Below are positions 58,601 through 64,000 of a stretch of DNA of 64,000 nucleotides, piece by piece. Positions within the stretch are counted from its first letter, which is position 1. The number at the start of each line of letters is the position of its first letter. A model generated the notes under the pieces. It had not been told where the DNA came from, searched no databases, and worked only from the letters and a program-made list of their open reading frames with translations. This stretch comes from Diadema antillarum. Lineage: Eukaryota. The stretch covers positions 434,001 through 498,000 of the forward strand of contig NW_027271595.1 in NCBI RefSeq assembly GCF_040938485.1, written 5' to 3'. Position numbers and translations under genes: made by a program.

Positions 58601-61600
58601 ATTTAACGACATGGACACAAGTTATTGATGAATATTTGGGGAAAATGACAACAGTGGGATTTACCAATCCAGCATCATCACTGCCTCTGCATGCAGTGTT
58701 TATGACGTCCATTTGGCAACAAAAGGATAAATTGATCAGCTGGACAAAACTTTCTTCTTTAATGCATGAGGAACAATGATACAAAATAGGATAGTGTGAG
58801 TGCTACATGGTTATCACCAGTATTGGGCAGCTTTATCAGAATGTGCCAACCAGCCCAATATCTTTGGGATATTTACTAGACCTTGCTCTCATGAAAATGG
58901 CATTGAAATCTACTTAAAAGAACCATATGTATGAAAGTAGAACTAGAAAGTATCATGATTGATTTTGTAATGATGAATGTATGTCCAATTACAGATATTT
59001 TGTGCCAAAATGTGGGTGGGGACAGAGAAATACAGTCTGTGATGCAAGTGCCGCCATAACACTATGTTTTAGCAGAACATGCTTTTGGGACAATAATTTA
59101 ATTTTTCATTTCAGTCGTTACCTATGAATTAAAGTTGACAGTATCATTTGCCTGACTATATGTACAGAGTGTACTAAGATTTGCAGCTTCTTCTATTACT
59201 TTGAATATGAGACTGAAATGGAAGCTGTCCTCAATTTAACTCGAGCTTGGCTACTGCACCGTCCAACTAAATCCATACTGTTCATCAATATCATGATTCG
59301 TTGCCTTCCAGATAACAAGTAAGATCATGTTCGTCCCCAACGGAGAGGAGCTTGCTACCAAGGGAAGGGAACTAGCTCTCCATTTTGAGGTGCAAGGAAC
59401 CCCAGTCATGATTGGTACGTTTCTCTCCGCAGTGCATCCCCAATAAGATACCTTGATGAAAATGGTTCAAAGGCCACCTTTGTGTCAAACTGCTGGTATG
59501 ATGGTAGTTGGTGTACAGGTCTGTTTATGGGCAAGTCCAAGATAACACGCGCGTTACATACAGGACATTCAGAGACTTTTATGACCTGAAAAATAGTGTT
59601 AATGGCCTTTGATCATATTGAACTTTATCATGGTGATTGATATTTAAGAGAAGTATAATCATGTAAAAAATAGAGAAAAATGACCTGGACAATTGTATTC
59701 TAGAAGAGAAAATATGTGCCGTTATGTGTGGGACCAGAAAAATTTTGTTTTTTTGAACATTTTTTTCAACCTCAAAACTCTCTGAAAGTATTTCATTCTA
59801 CAACTTGTAATTCACTGTGATGAAAGTCACAACAATAAAGATTATCACAGGTAAGTTTCATGTCATTAGGCAAAAAGCTCTAATTACAGGTTCTAATTAA
59901 AGACAGACATGACGTGTTACGTATGGGACAGTTACGTATGGGACACTTTGTCCCCCATTCATTTAGTGTGTGGAGAACCATGTTTATGGGTATTTTGCAT
60001 AATCATTGAAGTAAAATCAGTTGAAACTACTCAAATACTGATCCAGATTGTCAAGGAAACAATATTCCCCAAATATTCACCATCATAGTCATATTCAATC
60101 ATATATTTATATTTTTATGACCAACCTGAGTATGCATGCCCTTTGTCCCCCATTCGTTTAGTGTGTGGAGAACCATGTTCATGGGTATTTTGCAAAATAA
60201 TTTTGCAAAATACCCATAAACAAATTTTTGCATAATTATTGAGGTGGAATCAGTTGAAATTACTCAAATATTGATCCAGATTGTCAAGGGAACAATATCC
60301 CCCAAATATTTACCATCATAATCATATTCAATCATATTCTATATTTTTTATGACCAACCTGAGTATGTATGCCCTTTTTTTATCAGGATAGTTACTACTA
60401 AAAAAATGAATAGTTTAAAGTGTTAACTTCCATTGATGAAGGGCAGTTTGCCATTTAGTTTCAATAAAAAACAACTTGACAAAAGAAATATTAATTTTGA
60501 TAGATGAGCAATACCTGATGCGTGGAATTCCAGTAATAGAGTATATGTATGATGTCTGTCTAGCTGTCAGGACATTGATTTGAGTCACACCTCAGTATGT
60601 ATACCTCAGTATGTATACCCATGAATTTTGTTGTGGCTACTATTGAAAACTGAATAAGGACAATTTGTGTATCACTTGCAATTAAAAAAAAAAAAAAATC
60701 ATTTTACTTTTTTTTTTATATCACAACCGTTTCAAATTGGATCTCCATCAAATTATCTTTGAATTCCTCTAGTCTTAGAATTGTATGCTCTTTAGTAATT
60801 CATATTATTGGTTTCCAGTCATCTCATAAGATGTTCAAAACTGAATTCCCATTTCTACAAAAACTATACCATCCCTTTAATGCTGATTTTCATAAGTGTA
60901 TTTTGCCATCTTCCCCTCCCTCTTTCTGAAAATTGTTCAGTCAAGTACATGTATTGTTTCACGTGTCTATAACTCAAAAAGTATCTACAAAGTTGGGATG
61001 CTTTCTTCAGGATGATTGACCATTTGTGTACTGAGAGACCTTCCCAGCTAGCTACATGCATTTACATGCAATGTATATGAGGATGTCCCACACGTAACGC
61101 ATTTGTCCCATACGTAACATTATTTCAATGCCTAATAAAAAATATTTCTTATACTGTTTTTTCTTTCTTCTATGGTATTTAATTTCTCTATACAATAAAT
61201 TAGAACTTTACAAAAGGGCATTCAAATAACCTTAGCAATTTCAGAAAAAACCTAAAAAAATGACCTCATTTTGTTACGTATGGGACATCTCATGATAGGA
61301 CACGAGCTAATTTGCATAATCATTTGCATAATCCCTAAATTTTCATACCAAGTTAAACTATTTGATGAACTTCTTATGTCCACATATTAATCAAATATCA
61401 TTTGCTTTCCTTTGAATAAATATGAATTTTTATAAATGTCCCATATGTAACGATGTGTTTTACATTCATGCAAATGAAGCCCTTGAAATTTGCATAAATT
61501 TACATAATATCATTTTTTCCTCCATGGAAATCAAAACTTCAACTCATAAGCTTCAAAATGATACCAAATATATCAATATTGAGCAAAGATGAAATTTTGC

Positions 61601-63554
61601 CTTCTGAGGGGACCTTATCTTGGACTTGCCCTTATGCAGACAGCTAGTATATTACCTCATAGAAAAAATTGCGTGTAGTGTCGTCAATCAGAATTAAGAG
61701 CCAAAGTGCAATTCACTCTATGTTTAATTTGACTTTAATGAACAGAATGGTAAACGTTTCATCAATGTCAGACAATAAGATTGAGAAGTTAACCCGTTGG
61801 GGATGAGTCCCGAGTATACTTGGGCAGGTGTCTATGGGAAATGTGTGTTGTAGCAAAATCAACCTGTCCTCAATGGGTTAAGGGAATTTTACAAATGTAC
61901 ATGTTTTCACCACAAAATAGCAATTGTGAAAACTACTTCTGCAAATTAGCTGATATGTTGATTTCAGCTCACAGCTGTCCATTTGGTTCATGCACTGAAA
62001 TTTCCTAATGTCATATTTTTATTCATTTTTTGGGGAGTCTACAACCCTTGCCATGAAAATATGCCAATCTATTGCAATACAAACCAAACTGAAGGATACA
62101 TTAATTGTATCNNNNNNNNNNNNNNNNNNNNNNNNNNNNNNNNNNNNNNNNNNNNNNNNNNNNNNNNNNNNNNNNNNNNNNNNNNNNNNNNNNNNNNNNN
62201 NNNNNNNNNNNNNNNNNNNNNNNNNNNNNNNNNNNNNNNNNNNNNNNNNNNNNNNNNNNNNNNNNNCACATGTCATTCAGATTAATGTATGTATGTCTAA
62301 GTCAGAAGTTGCTAGGAGGGTCATCGGTAGTCGACAATCAGACTGATGTGTTTCATGTTCAAACTGAAATCTCTCCTGTGTCAGGTGGTGGCGTCCTTGC
62401 CCACACGATCCTGGGAGTGGACTTCAATGAGAAGACTGGTGACCTGAAGTTTCTCATCCTGGATCCCCACTACACGGGTGGCGAGGATCTGAAGATCATA
62501 CAAGACAAGGTGAGGTGTTGTGGTGGCTACCAGTCTTCCTTTGCTGGAGGTCCTCTTTGGAAAGTTTTGTCAATTGCCAATGGCACCAGATGACAAATGA
62601 CCATCAAGTGAATACTTTCTACCTCTGGGGGAAATATTGACAGAACATGTAGGAAGTTTTTGTCATGACCTTGCTGGAATTCAGCAATTAAAAACAAAAA
62701 GTGTCAATTATTGTGCCTTTGATCTTTACTTTGATACTAATCATTCAATTGTGATCAGAATTTTGTTGCTTGAACCAGATATGATTGGTAAACATTGTCG
62801 AAATGATACATATTGTCGTTATATTGCTATCAGTTGAAATTTGATCGTCCATTATTACTCGCACATTTTCATCCATTATTACTCACGACTCCTCCTTTCC
62901 AGCACTCCTTTTCATTGTAGAAAGAGAGCATCATCGTGTCTCTTAAAACAAAAGGAAGGTAGAAATTGCAATTAATTACCTAATGGGTTAATTATATGTA
63001 ATATGCTATAAATGAAGAATTCCAGTAGAAGCTTATTTCCTTAGATTAAAACAGAGCAAGCAAAAAAAAAAAAAGTCAAACAGAATAAAGTAACAGATAA
63101 TACATTTATTATGTAATACAGATATGATTTTCCTTACCTGAACAATTGCCTACAGCTGTTATAAAGACATCCTGCAAAAATCCTGTGTTTGTTTGTGTAT
63201 TCATTAGTTTCTTTTTTTGTATGGGGAGTTGGGGGTTGCGGTTTGTGTTCTTTTTTTTCCCCTCTTTTTTGTTTTCGTTCATAGAAAACAGTTCACAGTG
63301 GTGCAAGAGTTGAATTTTGCATGGCGATGTACTCAACCTGATGTAAATAGATGACACTAATGCTAGACTAGCCACGCAACATCCTATGTTTATGATAGTA
63401 ATGCATCTTTACCAGTCCTCGATGATTTACAGTAAAATTTATTTCTCCATCCCTCTCCTTTCCCCAGGGCTGGTGTGGATGGAAAGGCATTGACTTCTGG
63501 GACAAGACAGCCTACTACAACCTCTGCCTCCCTCAAAGACCCCGGGAACTCTGA
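41690..63554 (+). CDS. UFSP2: UFM1-specific peptidase 2, long form (14 exons, ~636 aa)
   Basis: Exons 41690-41740, 45674-45839, 46245-46336, 51941-52154, 52894-53192, 53768-53855, 54717-54874, 55560-55662, 56086-56232, 56822-56955 ([17 protein letters not shown]), 57917-58060, 59312-59414, 62385-62509 ([17 protein letters not shown]), 63468-63554 ([17 protein letters not shown]). Sum 1911 nt with phases consistent. N-terminal exons are less certain than the catalytic ones. Confidence 0.9.
42172..42358. mobile_element. Second copy of the 6-bp-TSD MITE (opposite orientation)
   Basis: Reverse complement of 1498-1677; TSD CAGCTC at 42166-42171 and 42359-42364. Confidence 0.8.
42397..44596. mobile_element. 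PIF/Harbinger-like non-autonomous element with a nested insertion
   Basis: ~33-bp TIR GGCCAAGTAAAAAAAGAAA(C/G)CAGTT(T)TCTCGTCC at both ends; TTA at 42394-42396 and 44597-44599; TTATAACGA-rich pogo-like element nested at ~42893-43835. Confidence 0.7.
47053..48402 (+). CDS. DIRS ORF1 (Gag-like)
   Basis: 449-aa open frame preceding and overlapping RT; DIRS-like [10 protein letters not shown], [11 protein letters not shown] and LFGDDL motifs; true start may be ATG ~47156. Confidence 0.8.
   Translation: MEIPLSAPPQHTAKPVVGGTTSTSALHTAKSVVAMVTTAVHHEPKCSPASIKAPTKKEGNGKTLKKPTKPGLSKKAAPPKEKTDAEVLSRLSKLESMFEKVMDILPSQPTRIQQQQLRAGHVGTACTAENHGGVPFGGMDVCATDDSTQARGTLHDDHGGSSYSGDECDFPAAAAGYAPAELTGQPVQVPSFAAKFAVSACVGDPINDELANSTNYLISHCLEEKSMEESAANYPAPSNCPNLLVPKVNPVIWDNVTQTTRSRDVKLQRVQKSLTRGLCAFLQTLPTDLNEAQQDALALLCNANYEMNCLRKELIKPDMNAAYAHLCKPTTPVTAFLFGDDLGQRVKDLKEENRAAFSVVKGQAKRSTHQPYHPYKRTASGGFSRKQYRSAGWLAAGDTSRPFLGQQQRGYRHSAPHTQTRPPPAHAHNRGQSYSTATPAKPNTVSRRK
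48534..50399 (+). CDS. DIRS ORF2: reverse transcriptase, RNase H and adenine methyltransferase-like domain
   Basis: [28 protein letters not shown]; RNase H TDAS / LEILA / RTDNTTAV; MT IDLFAS..DAF..YAFPPF..IVPNWP. The frame stays open upstream to at least ~48240, overlapping gag. Confidence 0.95.
   Translation: MRHFSKQWNHITTDPFILDAISGYKLEFQEAYSPPHRGKPPYHYRVGNAEESKIDIEIRKLAEKGVIEECQHVAGEFVSNIFTRPKKNGDIRLILDLSDLNDSLNVQHFKMDNIHTATTLISPGCYLASIDLRDAYYSVPVHPSYRKYLRFVWHEKCWQFKVLPNGLSTAPRLFTKLMKPVFAKLRQAGHLVVGYLDDTLIIGETESQALEAVQATTKLLSDLGFVIHSEKSILEPQQRLQFLGFILDSESMTITLPHEKCQNIRAVCAELLGKQNPTIRQVAQVIGKLIATFPAIQYGPLFYRNLERDKILALKSSKGHFDRPMNLSEASKQELMWWFNNIHCQSAPISRDRPALELRTDASGQGWGATDLSSETGGRWDDQEIVHALNNEINYLEILAAGLGLKSFCGHLHDTHVLIRTDNTTAVAYLNNMGGIKSRACDRAARDIWVWCKERNIWITAAYLPGRDNTEADRRSRHFNDRTEWMLNKKVFTDITKKCGTPQIDLFASRLNKQLPAYVTWLPDPDAVSVDAFTLNWGDLYFYAFPPFCLIPKCLQKIENDKAHGLLIVPNWPTQAWFPRMRRMLKDEPLLIPRHRNLITQPVSGEPHPLHACLDLLCCRF
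50384..51366 (+). CDS. DIRS ORF3 tyrosine recombinase with one frameshift
   Basis: N-part [15 protein letters not shown] (50384-50560) joins [16 protein letters not shown] after a 1-nt slip at ~50563; catalytic R (TQRVQTL), HSTR, AGW, KFY present. Confidence 0.9.
56431..56637. mobile_element. TA-flanked MITE (family of 27096-27299)
   Basis: TA|CTGTAAA..TTTACAG|TA with internal homology to the 27096 copy. Confidence 0.7.
57131..57229 (-). repeat. tRNA(Ala)-derived repeat unit 1 (SINE-like/pseudo-tRNA)
   Basis: TAGCTCAGTTGGTAGAGC (A box)..GGGCTAGCAATCC..GGGTTTGAATCCC (B box); acceptor stem not intact. Confidence 0.65.
57459..57556 (-). repeat. tRNA(Ala)-derived repeat unit 2
   Basis: GATAGCTCAGTCAGTAGAGC..GGCTGGCAATCC..GGGTTCGAATCCC, followed by the same tail GGAATCCCATTTTCTTTGCTCATTT..CCACTAATAA as unit 1. 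Confidence 0.65.
58340..58530. mobile_element. pogo/Tigger-like MITE
   Basis: TA|CAGTGGACTCCCGTTATAAC..GTTATAACGGGAGTGCACTG|TA. Confidence 0.8.
59529..61631. mobile_element. 2.1-kb non-autonomous TIR element (Sola2-like)
   Basis: 17-bp TIR GGGCAAGTCCAAGATAA / TTATCTTGGACTTGCCC; TTAT at 59525-59528 and 61632-61635; internal ~200-bp duplication and repeated GTTACGTATGGGACA motifs. Confidence 0.65.
61789..61881. mobile_element. piggyBac-like MITE
   Basis: TTAA|CCC..GGG|TTAA; homologous to 7421-7513. Confidence 0.7.
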
Positions 63555-64000
63555 GAAGATCTCTGCTCCCACTCCCCTGCATACGGACACGGGATGATGC
63601 ACTGCTCTGCACGTAGAGTTTCACTTTCAACCTCTTAGATTGGGGCACAATAGACCAGTTTCACTAATATGTTCGTAGTGTAGACAATTATTGTGTTCTG
63701 TTTTGTTTTGTCTATACAGACCTAATTACCATCTCCATAATTCACCTGTTCCTGATGAATGCACTTCAGTAGGCCCTACATGGAAACCAGTTGGCATGCA
63801 TGCAGTTGTTACTGTGTCAGGCAAGCCTTTACACAAGTTGTTTTGTTGCCTTGAACAACTGCTATGACATGGCATGTCTGGCAGGTGTGCACCAGCTCTG
63901 AATATGTTTGTGAATTGGCCCATTGCTGTTAAACCGAGAGATGGTTTGAAATCGAATTCATTGTGACCCATGTGGCAGGCATTGTTTGATTGTATACATG

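Overview
AT-rich, intron-rich animal DNA. It is probably a marine deuterostome invertebrate such as an echinoderm, inferred from gene structure and repeat families. Four host genes can be rebuilt exon by exon. (1,2) Two complete iduronate-2-sulfatase (IDS) paralogs lie head-to-head (2467-9986 minus; 11821-24564 plus) around a cluster of CLEAR/E-box motifs. Their exons are nearly identical at the DNA level while their introns do not align. The exceptions are two divergent coding islands near active-site motifs and unrelated signal-peptide exons. (3) SLC25A43 (32240-41236 minus) has a GC-AG first intron carrying a Mag/Gypsy retrotransposon with an uninterrupted gag-pol ORF but only one LTR. (4) A long-form UFSP2 (41690-63554 plus) is divergently paired with SLC25A43 and carries a structurally complete DIRS1-type tyrosine-recombinase retrotransposon (ITRs, ICR, ATT junction, RT/RNaseH/methyltransferase) in intron 3. 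The rest is a dense set of non-autonomous elements whose termini and target-site duplications (TSDs) are readable: Helentron/HINE-like, hAT-like with 8-bp and 6-bp TSDs, MULE-like with telomeric repeats, Harbinger-, Kolobok-, piggyBac-, Sola- and Tc1-like. There are also LINE 3' fragments, tRNA-derived repeats and five short N-gaps. All assignments come from manual reading; no searches were run.
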